A stretch of 64,000 nucleotides of DNA from positions 2,393 through 66,392 of the forward strand of contig DDZV01000005.1 of assembly GCA_002346475.1 (NCBI GenBank), given 5' to 3'. Below the pieces are notes generated by a model that worked only from the letters and a program-made list of their open reading frames with translations, was not told the DNA's origin and did not search any database. The stretch comes from Acidobacteria bacterium UBA2999. Its GTDB lineage: Bacteria; Acidobacteriota; Vicinamibacteria; Vicinamibacterales; UBA2999. This document shows positions 26,106 through 36,167 of the stretch, in pieces. The stretch's first letter is position 1; every line of letters starts with the position of its first letter. The translations under genes and the position numbers were made by a program.

Positions 26106-27236
26106 ATGAAGAAACTTGTACTAGTCGCATTGTTGATGGCAAGCCAAGCGCTTGTGTACTCAGCGGATGAACTGCCACTGGAGCAGATCACATTGCCGGC
26201 AGGTTTTACGATCGATGTTTATGCTTCGGATATTCCGTTTGCTCGAGAGATGGTGCTATCGCCTTCGGGCACACTTTTTGTAGGTTCGAGAAATTTTGGA
26301 AAAAAAGAAGGCACAAATGTTTATGCCGTGCTCGATACCGACCAGGACCAGAAAGCAGACGAAGTCTTAATTATTGCGAGTAACCTTTTAAGTCCAAATG
26401 GTGTGGCATTTCACAACGATGCTCTTTATGTAGCTCAGCAGAACCAGATACTACGTTTTGATGATATTGAAACTAAACTCAAGAATCCTCCTGAACCAGT
26501 AGTGGTTGCTGAAGTGCCTGGTGAACCTGCACATGGATGGAAGTTCATAGCATTTGGACCAGATGGCAAGCTCTATGTTCCCGTTGGAGCACCTTGCAAC
26601 GTTTGTAATAGACGGGATGATGACCCACGTTTTGCTACGGTCCTTCGTATGAACCCAGACGGATCAGATGTTGAGATTGTTGCACATGGTGTTAGAAACT
26701 CTGTGGGCTTTGACTGGCATCCAGTGACTGAGGAGTTCTGGTTTACAAGTAATGGACGCGACATGCTTGGAGACAATCTTCCGCCAGACACTTTGAATCG
26801 AGTATCTACGGTAGGCATGGATTTCGGGTTTCCTTTCTGTCACGCAGGGGATTTGCCAGATCCCGAGTTTGGACATATTCATTCGTGTGGGGACTTTACA
26901 CCACCAGCCCAGAAACTTGGACCACACGTTGCTTCACTTGGAATGACCTTCTATACCGGTGCTATGTTTCCATCAAAATACCGAAACCAGATTTTCATTG
27001 CTGAGCACGGTTCGTGGAATCGAAGTCAAAAGATTGGATATCGTGTCACGCTTGTGCAATTAGACATGAACAGCGAAGCAATCTCATACGAACCATTTGC
27101 AGAAGGTTGGCTTAATGGTCAGGATAATTGGGGTCGCCCCGTAGACGTTTTAGTAATGCCAGACGGTGCTCTCCTTGTATCAGATGATCAAACAGGTACG
27201 ATTTATCGTATTAGTTATGCAAGGGGCAATTCTTGA
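26106..27236 (+). CDS. Periplasmic PQQ-dependent sugar (sorbosone/aldose) dehydrogenase-like beta-propeller
   Basis: Signal peptide MKKLVLVALLMASQALVYSA. The layout is YliI/sorbosone-dehydrogenase-like (PNGVAF, HGVRNSVGFDWHP, DNLPPDTLN, FIAEHGSWNRS). Confidence 0.78.
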   Translation: MKKLVLVALLMASQALVYSADELPLEQITLPAGFTIDVYASDIPFAREMVLSPSGTLFVGSRNFGKKEGTNVYAVLDTDQDQKADEVLIIASNLLSPNGVAFHNDALYVAQQNQILRFDDIETKLKNPPEPVVVAEVPGEPAHGWKFIAFGPDGKLYVPVGAPCNVCNRRDDDPRFATVLRMNPDGSDVEIVAHGVRNSVGFDWHPVTEEFWFTSNGRDMLGDNLPPDTLNRVSTVGMDFGFPFCHAGDLPDPEFGHIHSCGDFTPPAQKLGPHVASLGMTFYTGAMFPSKYRNQIFIAEHGSWNRSQKIGYRVTLVQLDMNSEAISYEPFAEGWLNGQDNWGRPVDVLVMPDGALLVSDDQTGTIYRISYARGNS

Positions 27237-27346
27237 TTTTTACCTTTTAATAAGTATTGCTCCTCACAAAACAATATGAAGAATTTATACCTAGCACTTA
27301 AGAATATTGACCCAATTGAACGAATAACGTTAGATTCTGATTTGTT

Positions 27347-28315
27347 TTGTCAAACATGAGTAGTTTCGTTTCCGAACCACGCAGTGTTGTTTCCGTTGTT
27401 GACCTAATAGGCAATACGCCACTTGTGCGGCTTTCTCGTTTTGAGAAGGGTCTTAATAAAGTCAAGCTTTATGCAAAGCTTGAAGGAAAAAACCCTGGTG
27501 GCTCAGTTAAGGACCGTCCAGCAGTTCGGATGATTGCTGAGGGTGAACGGTCTGGGGCTCTTCGCCCTGGGAAAATAATCTTGGATGCAACATCTGGCAA
27601 CACTGGGATTGCCTACGCGATGATTGCAGCATCACAACAGTATCCCGTCAAGTTGTGCATTCCTGACAACGTTAGTTTGGAGCGGAAACGTATTTTGCGT
27701 GCTTACGGTGCAGACCTTGTAATGACAAATCCACTCGAAGGTTCCGATGGTGCCATTCGCATGGCGCGGCACTTGTATGCAGAAACGCCAGACGTGTACT
27801 TTTATCCTGATCAATACAATAACGATGCGAATTGGCGTTCCCATTTTGAAACAACAGGACTTGAAATTATTAAACAAACAAGTGGAGCATTGACGCATTT
27901 TGTTACAGGTCTTGGTACGAGTGGAACTTTCATGGGTGTAGGGCGCCGGCTTCGTGAGTACAACTCGTCAATTCGTTTAATTTCGATGCAACCTGCTGAG
28001 GCTCTGCATGGTCTTGAGGGTTTAAAACAGATGGAGTCTGCAATTGTTCCTGGCATATATGATCCAGAACTGGCAGATGAGGATATTCGGATTGGTACGG
28101 AAGAAGCGTACGAAACAACTAGACGCTTGGCTAGAGAAGAAGGCTTACTAATAGGTATTTCTGGCGGAGCTAATTTAGCTGCTGCTTTGCGTATTGCCCG
28201 CGAGACATCAGACGCTGTGATTGTCACAATTTTTTGTGACAATGGTGATAAGTACTTATCCGAGCGCTTCTGGGACGAATCGATAAAAAATTCCTCGTTG
28301 AAGGGGACTTCGTAA
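27347..28315 (+). CDS. cysM: Cysteine synthase, CysM type (PLP-dependent)
   Basis: PLP lysine context NPGGSVKDRPA and the SGNTGIA loop. The track start is TTG 27347; ATG 27356 is an alternative. The stop overlaps the next start (TAATG). Confidence 0.85.
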   Translation: MSNMSSFVSEPRSVVSVVDLIGNTPLVRLSRFEKGLNKVKLYAKLEGKNPGGSVKDRPAVRMIAEGERSGALRPGKIILDATSGNTGIAYAMIAASQQYPVKLCIPDNVSLERKRILRAYGADLVMTNPLEGSDGAIRMARHLYAETPDVYFYPDQYNNDANWRSHFETTGLEIIKQTSGALTHFVTGLGTSGTFMGVGRRLREYNSSIRLISMQPAEALHGLEGLKQMESAIVPGIYDPELADEDIRIGTEEAYETTRRLAREEGLLIGISGGANLAAALRIARETSDAVIVTIFCDNGDKYLSERFWDESIKNSSLKGTS

Positions 28316-28746
28316 TGGCTCTTAAATTTAGTTCACGCGTTGCAGATGCCATTCGACAGCATGGAACAGAGACGTACCCGAACGAGTGTTGTGGGGCTTT
28401 AATTGGGAATGATGGTATTGTTCATAGAGCGGTGGCTTTGCCCAATAAAACTGAAGAGGGTCCAAGAAGACGTTTCCTAGTTCGACCTCAAGATTATCGA
28501 GAGGCAGAGCAGACGGCCTCTGATTCCGGCGTCGAGTTACTTGGGTTCTATCATTCTCATCCGGACCACCCCGCTCGTCCATCAGAGTACGATCTCAATC
28601 ATGCTTGGCCTTTCTTCTCCTACGTGATTGTTTCAGTTCGTGATGGAGTGCCTGGTGATATGACTTCCTGGCGGTTGCTTGATGATCGTTCTACTTTTAC
28701 TGAAGAAGATTTATTAGAAACTATTGAGGCATCTCGAAAGATATGA
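28315..28746 (+). CDS. mec: JAMM/MPN+ metalloprotease (Mec-type CysO hydrolase)
   Basis: JAMM motif E(CCG)...HSHPDHPARPSEYD. 143 aa. Confidence 0.85.
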   Translation: MALKFSSRVADAIRQHGTETYPNECCGALIGNDGIVHRAVALPNKTEEGPRRRFLVRPQDYREAEQTASDSGVELLGFYHSHPDHPARPSEYDLNHAWPFFSYVIVSVRDGVPGDMTSWRLLDDRSTFTEEDLLETIEASRKI

Positions 28747-29024
28747 CAAAAGTAATGATTCCTACTCCGTTGCGGCCTTTTACAGATAAGCAAGATGCCG
28801 TAGAGATCACTGGTAGCACAGTCGGCGAAATTCTTACTCAGTTGACTGCGAAGCATGAAGGTTTGCAAAAGCACCTATATAACGAGGATGGCAAGTTGCG
28901 AAGCTTTGTCAATATTTACCTCAACGACGAAGACATTCGTTATTTACAACGTGAAGAGACCCCTGTGAAGTCAGGTGATACCCTTAGCATTATTCCATCT
29001 GTTGCTGGTGGAGTTCCTCAGTGA
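28743..29024 (+). CDS. cysO: ThiS/MoaD-family sulfur carrier (CysO-like) with C-terminal GG followed by a 3-residue extension
   Basis: 93 aa, beta-grasp size, ending ...SIIPSVAGGVPQ*. ATGA overlap upstream and GTGATG overlap downstream. Confidence 0.8.
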   Translation: MTKVMIPTPLRPFTDKQDAVEITGSTVGEILTQLTAKHEGLQKHLYNEDGKLRSFVNIYLNDEDIRYLQREETPVKSGDTLSIIPSVAGGVPQ

Positions 29025-30196
29025 TGCCAGAACTCCCAACATTAGAAGGGGAAGAGGTCAAACGATACAGTCGCCACTTGATCATGCCGGAAGTTGGCAT
29101 GGATGGGCAACGGAAGCTAAAAGCAGCAAGTGTGCTTTGTGTTGGAGCAGGTGGTCTCGGATCCCCAGTTGCAATATATCTAGCAGCAGCCGGAATCGGT
29201 CGTATTGGGATCGTCGACTACGATGTGGTCGATTACAGTAATCTTCAACGTCAAATAATTCATGCCACACCAGATGTAGGCCGTTCAAAGTTAGAATCTG
29301 CAAAGGATCGGATTGAGGCTTTAAATCCACATGTTCATGTTGAGACGCATGAGACGTCACTCAGTTCGGCTAACGCCCTTAAGTTGTTTGATTCCTACGA
29401 CGTTATTCTTGATGGTACGGATAATTTCCCAACAAGATATTTAGTGAATGATGCTTGTGTATTGACTGGCAAACCAAATGCCTATGGCAGTATTTTTCGC
29501 TTCGAAGGCCAGGCATCGGTATTTGCTACAAAAGAGGGTCCGTGCTATCGCTGTTTATATCCAGAGCCACCACCTCCAGGTCTCGTTCCAAGTTGCGCAG
29601 AAGGTGGCGTGCTTGGTGTCTTACCAGGAGTCGTTGGTCTCATTCAGGCCACCGAAGCAATTAAACTCATTCTTGGGATTGGCGAACCATTAATCGGGCG
29701 CTTTGTTATTTATGACGCATTGAAAATGCGTTTTCGGGAACTAAAGCTCAAAAAAGATCCCGAGTGTCCTGTATGTGGTGTCCATCCTACGGTAACTAAG
29801 CTTATTGACTATGAACAGTTTTGTGGTTTACGTGCCGAGGTAACTTCTACTGGAGGAAACGGACTCATGTCTTCAGAAGCTCTTGAGATTATGCCTGTGG
29901 AATTACAGAAACAGATAGATGCTGGCAAGACACCCATTATCTTGGATGTAAGGGAACCTCAGGAATATCAAATTAATAAGATTGCTGGATCTGTCCTCAT
30001 TCCGTTAGGAGAATTACCGCAACGGTATCAGGAGCTTGATCCAGACAAAGAAATTGTGGCGCATTGCAAAATGGGACAGCGGAGCGCGAAAGCCGCTGAC
30101 TTTCTTCGCACGGTAGGATTTACAAAGGTTAAAAATTTACGGGGCGGCATTTTGGCATGGATTGATCAGGTTGATCCTAGCCAACCTAAGTATTAA
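29021..30196 (+). CDS. moeZ: MoeB/ThiF-type adenylyltransferase fused to a rhodanese domain (MoeZ-type)
   Basis: GAGGLGS nucleotide loop, two CxxC pairs (CYRC, CPVC), and a C-terminal rhodanese with the active-site loop HCKMGQRS. Confidence 0.88.
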   Translation: MMPELPTLEGEEVKRYSRHLIMPEVGMDGQRKLKAASVLCVGAGGLGSPVAIYLAAAGIGRIGIVDYDVVDYSNLQRQIIHATPDVGRSKLESAKDRIEALNPHVHVETHETSLSSANALKLFDSYDVILDGTDNFPTRYLVNDACVLTGKPNAYGSIFRFEGQASVFATKEGPCYRCLYPEPPPPGLVPSCAEGGVLGVLPGVVGLIQATEAIKLILGIGEPLIGRFVIYDALKMRFRELKLKKDPECPVCGVHPTVTKLIDYEQFCGLRAEVTSTGGNGLMSSEALEIMPVELQKQIDAGKTPIILDVREPQEYQINKIAGSVLIPLGELPQRYQELDPDKEIVAHCKMGQRSAKAADFLRTVGFTKVKNLRGGILAWIDQVDPSQPKY

Positions 30197-30295
30197 GCAA
30201 GCCTGATTTTCATAGTCTCTTCTATCAGTGAGAAGGGGCAAAAAAACGCCTTAATTTACTAAGAGTCTTGACCTTAGCCCCTGTTACTGTGATAA

Positions 30296-30318
30296 ATTAG
30301 GACAAGTTTGGTCGTAAT
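30296..30318. promoter_or_regulatory. Imperfect palindrome upstream of iscR; candidate IscR (Rrf2) autoregulatory operator
   Basis: ATTAGGAC-aagtttg-GTCGTAAT, with 7 of 8 arm positions complementary, ending 6 nt before the iscR ATG. A possible -35 TTGACC sits at 30268-30273. Confidence 0.4.
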
Positions 30319-30323
30319 TAATA

Positions 30324-30776
30324 ATGTTGAGACTATCTAAAAAAGCTGACTATGCGCTAATGGCGATGAAGCACCTGGCGCAAACTCAAACAGGGACGTC
30401 AACCAGTGCTCGAGAAATTGCTGAAAGCTATGACATCCCAATTGAGCTAATGGCTAAAGTACTGCAAAAGTTGGTTAGAAAGGGTTTGCTTGTCTCCACG
30501 CAAGGCACGCGTGGGGGTTACTTGTTAAAAGAAAGACCTGCGTCGATCAGTGTCGCTGATGTAATTCAAGCAATAGATGGTCCTCTGATGGTAACAGCTT
30601 GCTCAACTGAAAATAGTGATTGTGACCAGTACGACAAATGTAATATTCGTGATCCACTCTGGCGGATTCGTACACGGATTTTAGATACGCTTGGTATGGT
30701 GAGCTTGGCTGAGATAGCTACTGAAACACAAGATATCACCCCGGTGCAACAGCCTTCGGCAGTCATGAGGGTTTAA
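30324..30776 (+). CDS. iscR: Fe-S cluster assembly transcription regulator (Rrf2 family)
   Basis: Rrf2 N-terminus MLRLSKKADYALMAM, plus cluster-ligand cysteines (CSTENSDCDQYDKC). Confidence 0.9.
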   Translation: MLRLSKKADYALMAMKHLAQTQTGTSTSAREIAESYDIPIELMAKVLQKLVRKGLLVSTQGTRGGYLLKERPASISVADVIQAIDGPLMVTACSTENSDCDQYDKCNIRDPLWRIRTRILDTLGMVSLAEIATETQDITPVQQPSAVMRV

Positions 30777-30811
30777 AACTTAAAGAATAGGTTATCGGAT
30801 TAACAGTAATT

Positions 30812-32029
30812 ATGAAGCTACCAATTTATATGGATTATCACGCCACGACTCCTGTCGACCCACGTGTGGTTGAGACGATGTTGCCTTATTTCACGGAAGA
30901 TTTTGGTAATGCTGCAAGTCGAAATCATCCGTTTGGGTGGAAGGCAGAAAAGGCTGTAGATCGCGCACGTAAGCAGGTAGCCGATTTAGTCAGTGCTAAG
31001 CCAAGAGAAATTATTTTTACAAGTGGTGCAACTGAATCAAACAACCTGGCTATTAAAGGTGTTGCTGAGATGTACCGCGAGAAAGGCAACCATATCATCA
31101 CTTGCGTTACTGAACATAAAGCAGTAATTGACACGTGTAAATGGCTTGAAAAACAAGGTTCCCGAGTCACTTACTTGCCAGTTCAAAAAGACGGTCGTAT
31201 TAACTTGGATGATTTGCTCACCGCTATTACCAGTGAAACCATTCTCATAACAATCATGGCTGCAAATAACGAGATTGGTGTTCTTCAACCTATCGAAGAG
31301 ATTGGAACGATTGCAAAAGAGCATGGCATTATTTTTCATACGGACGCCGTGCAAGCTGTAGGAAAAGTACCATTCAATGTTAACGAGATGAAAGCCGATC
31401 TAGTGTCGTTAAGTGCCCACAAGATGTACGGTCCAAAGGGGATTGGCGCACTATACGTTCGGCGGAGAAATCCACGCGTACTGCTGTCAGAGCAAATTAA
31501 TGGCGGCGGTCATGAGCGGGGCATGCGATCTGGCACTCTAAATGTTCCTGGCATTATTGGATTAGGTGCGGCAGCGGAGCTCTGTTATGAGGAAATGGAT
31601 GCAGATACAGCACGGTTGAGTGGCTTGCGAGACAGGTTGAATAAAAGGTTGCATCAGAAACTTGATGAAATATATGTCAATGGATCAATCGAACATCGTT
31701 TACCTCATAGTTTAAATATTAGCTTTGCATATGTAGAAGGCGAGTCGCTGCTTATGGGTATTAATGACGTAGCAGTTTCATCAGGCTCAGCTTGCACGTC
31801 AGCAAGCCTTGAACCGTCTTATGTGCTGAAAGCACTTGGTGCTGGAGATGATCTCGCACACTCTTCTATAAGATTTGGACTTGGCCGTTGGACAACCGAA
31901 GAAGAGGTTGACTATGTTGCTGATAAATTAACAAGTGTTGTACGGCGGCTCCGTGAGATGTCACCTCTTTATGAGATGGTTAAGGAAGAAGGTATTGATC
32001 TTTCAACTGTGGTGTGGACAGCCGATTAG
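30812..32029 (+). CDS. iscS: Cysteine desulfurase
   Basis: PLP lysine [10 protein letters not shown] and the catalytic loop SSGSACTS. 405 aa. Confidence 0.95.
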   Translation: MKLPIYMDYHATTPVDPRVVETMLPYFTEDFGNAASRNHPFGWKAEKAVDRARKQVADLVSAKPREIIFTSGATESNNLAIKGVAEMYREKGNHIITCVTEHKAVIDTCKWLEKQGSRVTYLPVQKDGRINLDDLLTAITSETILITIMAANNEIGVLQPIEEIGTIAKEHGIIFHTDAVQAVGKVPFNVNEMKADLVSLSAHKMYGPKGIGALYVRRRNPRVLLSEQINGGGHERGMRSGTLNVPGIIGLGAAAELCYEEMDADTARLSGLRDRLNKRLHQKLDEIYVNGSIEHRLPHSLNISFAYVEGESLLMGINDVAVSSGSACTSASLEPSYVLKALGAGDDLAHSSIRFGLGRWTTEEEVDYVADKLTSVVRRLREMSPLYEMVKEEGIDLSTVVWTAD

Positions 32030-32088
32030 GGTTTGTAAAGAGTAAGTGCAAAAAACTAGCAAGTAGTTCGTTTTAAGGAGTTTGAAAC

Positions 32089-32517
32089 ATGGCGTATTCA
32101 GAAAAAGTTCTTGATCATTATGAGAGTCCTCGCAATGTTGGATCTTTACCAAAAGATGACAGCAGCGTTGGGACTGGCTTAGTCGGAGCTCCAGAGTGTG
32201 GAGATGTGATGAAGTTGCAGGTCAAGGTGAATCAAGAGACCGGTGTCATCGATGATGCAAAATTTAAGACTTTTGGTTGTGGTTCAGCTATTGCAAGTTC
32301 AAGCCTGGCGACTGAGTGGTTAAAGGGAAAGACTGTTGAACAAGCGTTAGACATCAAAAACACTGACATTGTGACGGAACTTGCACTGCCGCCTGTCAAA
32401 ATACATTGTTCTGTTTTAGCTGAGGATGCTATTAAAGCTGCTATTTCAGATTACAAAAAGAAGCAGGAGACTGTGAGCACGAAACAGCCTGTTGCTGAAC
32501 CGCAGTCAACGAGTTAA
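32089..32517 (+). CDS. iscU: Fe-S cluster scaffold protein
   Basis: The three ligand Cys contexts GAPECGD, FGCGSAIAS and HCSVLAEDA, plus LPPVK. Confidence 0.95.
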   Translation: MAYSEKVLDHYESPRNVGSLPKDDSSVGTGLVGAPECGDVMKLQVKVNQETGVIDDAKFKTFGCGSAIASSSLATEWLKGKTVEQALDIKNTDIVTELALPPVKIHCSVLAEDAIKAAISDYKKKQETVSTKQPVAEPQSTS

Positions 32518-32538
32518 GTTGCGTTTAGTTAGCTAAGC

Positions 32539-32865
32539 ATGATTCAAATTTCTGATATGGCCGCTCAAAAGATACGTTCCCTTATGGCAAAGCAAGGTAT
32601 CACTGAGGGTGGACTTCGTGTGGGAGTAAAAGGCGGCGGCTGTTCAGGTTTGAGCTATACGTTTTCTTGGGAGCGTGAGTCAAGGATCGGTGACGAAGTA
32701 TTTGAGGGCCCTCAAGGTTCAAAGATCTTTGTCGATAAGAAAAGCTACCTTTTTTTAAAAGGTACCATGCTTGACTACGATACGGCTCTGATGACTAAGG
32801 GTTTCGTTTTTAATAATCCAAACGCGAAACAAACCTGTGGTTGCGGGAGCTCGTTCGGCGCGTAG
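32539..32865 (+). CDS. iscA: A-type Fe-S carrier
   Basis: GGGCSG motif and the C-terminal CGCGSSF. Confidence 0.92.
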   Translation: MIQISDMAAQKIRSLMAKQGITEGGLRVGVKGGGCSGLSYTFSWERESRIGDEVFEGPQGSKIFVDKKSYLFLKGTMLDYDTALMTKGFVFNNPNAKQTCGCGSSFGA

Positions 32866-32941
32866 ATTGAGGTTTTAAGTCTTTAGTCGAGAGCAGTCAT
32901 AGGCCACAAACCATTCTTCGTGTTTACGTTTTCATCTATCA

Positions 32942-33628
32942 ATGACTTCCCAATCTAAATTAGCACCTTCCATGATTGCATGTCTTGAGTGTGGGGCTGG
33001 GTCTCCTTTGGATGCACATTTTTGTCAACAGTGTGAACACATTTTGCCACTTCCACGAGGGAGTGATTATTTTTCATTTTTTGGATTTAAGCCAAAGCTT
33101 GTGATTGACTCTGATAGTCTCCAGGATCGCTTTCGCACACTTAGTCGTCAATTGCATCCAGATTATTTCTATAACGCCCAAGCGGCTGAACGAAGAGCTA
33201 GTCTTGAACGATCTTCGTATTTGAATGATGCGTATCGAACGTTAAATGACTTAGTCTCTCGAGCTGAATACTTATTAAGACTTGAAGGATTGATATCAAT
33301 AAAGAGTGATGATGAGAGTAGCCAGGTTCCACCTGCGCTTCTCGAAGAAGTTTTTGCTCTTAACGAGGAACTTCAGGAGATTCGTGAGTTTCGGGAAGCA
33401 GGAGGAGATTCGAGAGAAGTTCAAGTAAGACTAGAAGCAGCTCGTGATCAGGTCAAGGGCAAACAAGATTCTCATGAGAAGCAACTTTTCGATCTCAGTT
33501 TAGAATGGGACGAATCTCAGGAACGAGGCATTCTTGAAACGCTTCGGGAATGCCTTTTGGAGCGTAACTATCTGAGGAATCTATTAACAACAATTGATAA
33601 GGAATTGGAAGTTCTAGGGCAGATATAA
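32942..33628 (+). CDS. hscB: Fe-S co-chaperone HscB with N-terminal CxxC...CxxC zinc-finger extension
   Basis: J-domain with HPD (RQLHPDYF), preceded by CLECGAGSPLDAHFCQQCEHIL. Confidence 0.85.
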   Translation: MTSQSKLAPSMIACLECGAGSPLDAHFCQQCEHILPLPRGSDYFSFFGFKPKLVIDSDSLQDRFRTLSRQLHPDYFYNAQAAERRASLERSSYLNDAYRTLNDLVSRAEYLLRLEGLISIKSDDESSQVPPALLEEVFALNEELQEIREFREAGGDSREVQVRLEAARDQVKGKQDSHEKQLFDLSLEWDESQERGILETLRECLLERNYLRNLLTTIDKELEVLGQI

Positions 33629-35476
33629 ATGGGAAAAGTTGTAGGCATTGATCTCGGTACAACTAATAGCCTTGTTGCGTATGTAAAAGACAGTATGCCT
33701 GTTGTTATCCGTGATCCAAACGGTGACGCGCTTGTTCCCTCTGTTGTTTCTTTTGGAGACGATGGGACAGTTTACGTTGGGCGAGAGGCGCAGAGACGTT
33801 TGCTGACGGAACCAAATCGAACAGTGTACTCGGTGAAACGTTTTATGGGACGTGGGATCGATGATCTACGTGGAGAGTCCACATCCTTGCCTTTTAATTT
33901 TAACGGAGAAGCGGGGGGGGTTGTTCGTCTCACAGTTGGAGAGCGTGAACTGACACCTCCAGAGATATCAGCTTACATCTTGCGTGAACTGAAACGTCGA
34001 GCAGAGCAGTACTTTCAAAATCAGGGTGAGTTTGATTTTGAAGTAGACCAGGCAGTTATCACAGTGCCTGCCTATTTTAATGATGCACAACGCACAGCAA
34101 CAAAAGATGCTGGAAAAATTGCTGGCCTTGAGGTCCTCAGGATTATCAACGAACCAACAGCAGCATCACTTGCCTACGGTCTTGATCAACGCAACCATGG
34201 TACAGTCGCTGTGTATGATCTCGGTGGAGGGACGTTCGACATTTCCATTCTCAAGATTGAAGATGGTGTATTCCAAGTGTTGGCAACGAATGGGGATACT
34301 TTTCTTGGCGGTGACGATATTGACTCGCTTTTAATCGAAGGTATTCTTGCTGATATTGGTCATAAGACGACACCAGAGGGGTTTCAAGCAATTCGTAAGG
34401 CAGTGATTCAAGCAAAGTGGGACTTGTCTGATGCAGAGGCGACTGAAATTAAAGTCCAACCAGCACCTGGTTTAACAGAGGGTTACCAGATTTCACTCAA
34501 ACGTTCAGAGTTCGCTGCGCGCATCCAGCCATTTATTGAACGAACACTAATACCATGTCAGCAAGCTCTTACTGACGCGGGCTTGCAACCTAAAGATTTA
34601 GACGAAGTAGTGCTTGTTGGTGGATCAACTAGGATCCCAGCTGTTCGTGCAGCTGTTGAGAAACTTTTTGGCCGAAGCCCTCATACTGAATTACATCCAG
34701 ATGAAGTTATAGCAATTGGCGCTTCTGTACAGGCAGATGTGCTAGTCAGTGGGCGCCGTGAGATGCTCTTGCTTGATGTGACACCGTTATCTTTAGGTAT
34801 TGAGACTATGGGTGGTGCAGCGTCTAAGATTATTCTTCGTAACTCAACGGTTCCAGCCAGTGGGCATGAAATGTTCACTACATTTGTAGAGAATCAGACT
34901 GCCGTGGATATTCACGTATTACAAGGGGAGCGTGAACTGGCTGCAGACTGTCGTTCATTAGCGCGATTCCGTCTTAGCGGGATTCCACCGATGCCAGCTG
35001 GCTTACCTAGGATTGAAGTTCGTTTCCAGATTGATGCAAACGGTATCCTGGATGTAACAGCTCACGAGCAGCGTACTGATATCGAGCAAAAAATTGAGGT
35101 TAAGCCTTCTTATGGACTCACTGATGAAGAGGTTGAACAAAGGCTTATTGAATCATTCGAGCATGCAGAGGAAGATTTTGAGTCCCGTCTACTCATTGAA
35201 GCTAGGAATGAAGCAGAAACAGTTGTGAATGCTACCGAGAAATCTCTTCGTCGTCCTGATTTTGAGATGTTAGCAAGAGAAGAACTAGATTCTGGGGAGA
35301 AGGATCGTATTGAAGAAGCATTATCTACTCTAAAAAATGCAATGCTAGGTGAAGATCGTACAAAGATCCAAGAAGCCACGCATGCTTTAAACGAAGCAAC
35401 GCAACACCTCGCAGAGATCGTGATGAACCGCACTGTACTCGAGGCACTATCAGGTAAAAACGTAGGGGACATCTAA
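33629..35476 (+). CDS. hscA: Fe-S chaperone (Hsp70 class)
   Basis: Hsp70 motifs IDLGTTNS and [10 protein letters not shown]. 615 aa, positioned in the isc operon. Confidence 0.95.
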   Translation: MGKVVGIDLGTTNSLVAYVKDSMPVVIRDPNGDALVPSVVSFGDDGTVYVGREAQRRLLTEPNRTVYSVKRFMGRGIDDLRGESTSLPFNFNGEAGGVVRLTVGERELTPPEISAYILRELKRRAEQYFQNQGEFDFEVDQAVITVPAYFNDAQRTATKDAGKIAGLEVLRIINEPTAASLAYGLDQRNHGTVAVYDLGGGTFDISILKIEDGVFQVLATNGDTFLGGDDIDSLLIEGILADIGHKTTPEGFQAIRKAVIQAKWDLSDAEATEIKVQPAPGLTEGYQISLKRSEFAARIQPFIERTLIPCQQALTDAGLQPKDLDEVVLVGGSTRIPAVRAAVEKLFGRSPHTELHPDEVIAIGASVQADVLVSGRREMLLLDVTPLSLGIETMGGAASKIILRNSTVPASGHEMFTTFVENQTAVDIHVLQGERELAADCRSLARFRLSGIPPMPAGLPRIEVRFQIDANGILDVTAHEQRTDIEQKIEVKPSYGLTDEEVEQRLIESFEHAEEDFESRLLIEARNEAETVVNATEKSLRRPDFEMLAREELDSGEKDRIEEALSTLKNAMLGEDRTKIQEATHALNEATQHLAEIVMNRTVLEALSGKNVGDI

Positions 35477-35877
35477 TGCCAAAAGTGACGTTCAATATCG
35501 ATGGGAAAGAACACGTTGTTGAATTTATACCTGGGACACTCAAATATAGTCACCATGGGTTGCCAGAGTCATTCCTCGATGTAGCGATAAATTTGGGAAT
35601 TTCACTAGAGCATGCTTGTGGCGGAAGCTGTGCCTGCACGACTTGCCATGTCATTGTGCGCCAAGGTATGGACTCCCTTAGTGAAATGGAAGATGACGAG
35701 GCAGATCGTCTTGATACAGCCTGGGACTTAACGACAGCCTCTCGCCTTGGATGTCAGGCTATTATTAAAGGCGATGTAGTTGTTGAGATTCCGATGTACA
35801 CAAGAAACTATGTGCAAGAGGGAGGCGACATTCAGCTTGGAAAGTCAGATCGGAAGACGAACGAGGGGTCTAAATGA
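35476..35877 (+). CDS. fdx: ISC-type [2Fe-2S] ferredoxin (with ~20-aa C-terminal extension)
   Basis: Ligand motif CGGSCACTTCH...C (RLGCQA). 133 aa. Confidence 0.9.
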   Translation: MPKVTFNIDGKEHVVEFIPGTLKYSHHGLPESFLDVAINLGISLEHACGGSCACTTCHVIVRQGMDSLSEMEDDEADRLDTAWDLTTASRLGCQAIIKGDVVVEIPMYTRNYVQEGGDIQLGKSDRKTNEGSK

Positions 35878-35880
35878 GGT

Positions 35881-36093
35881 GTGATAATGAAATGGACCGA
35901 TTCTGAAAACATTGGGTTCGCATTATTTGAGCGTTTCCCAGAGATTGAACCATTGACTGTCAGATTTACTGATCTCCGTGAGAAAGTAATCAATCTCGAA
36001 GGATTTGACGACGATCCAAAAACATCCAACGAGCCAAAACTTGAAGCCATCCAGATGGCTTGGTACGAAGAATGGAAAGAGGATCAAGAGTAG
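35881..36093 (+). CDS. iscX: Fe-S assembly protein IscX
   Basis: ~68 aa acidic protein, MKWTDSENIGFALFERFPEIEPLTVRFTDL, at the canonical position after fdx. Confidence 0.8.
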   Translation: MIMKWTDSENIGFALFERFPEIEPLTVRFTDLREKVINLEGFDDDPKTSNEPKLEAIQMAWYEEWKEDQE

Positions 36094-36167
36094 ACGTGCA
36101 ATGTTAGTAAGTACTTCTTGATGTAATTTTCTAAAAAAATTCGCAGAATAAATGTTTTTGAAATATC

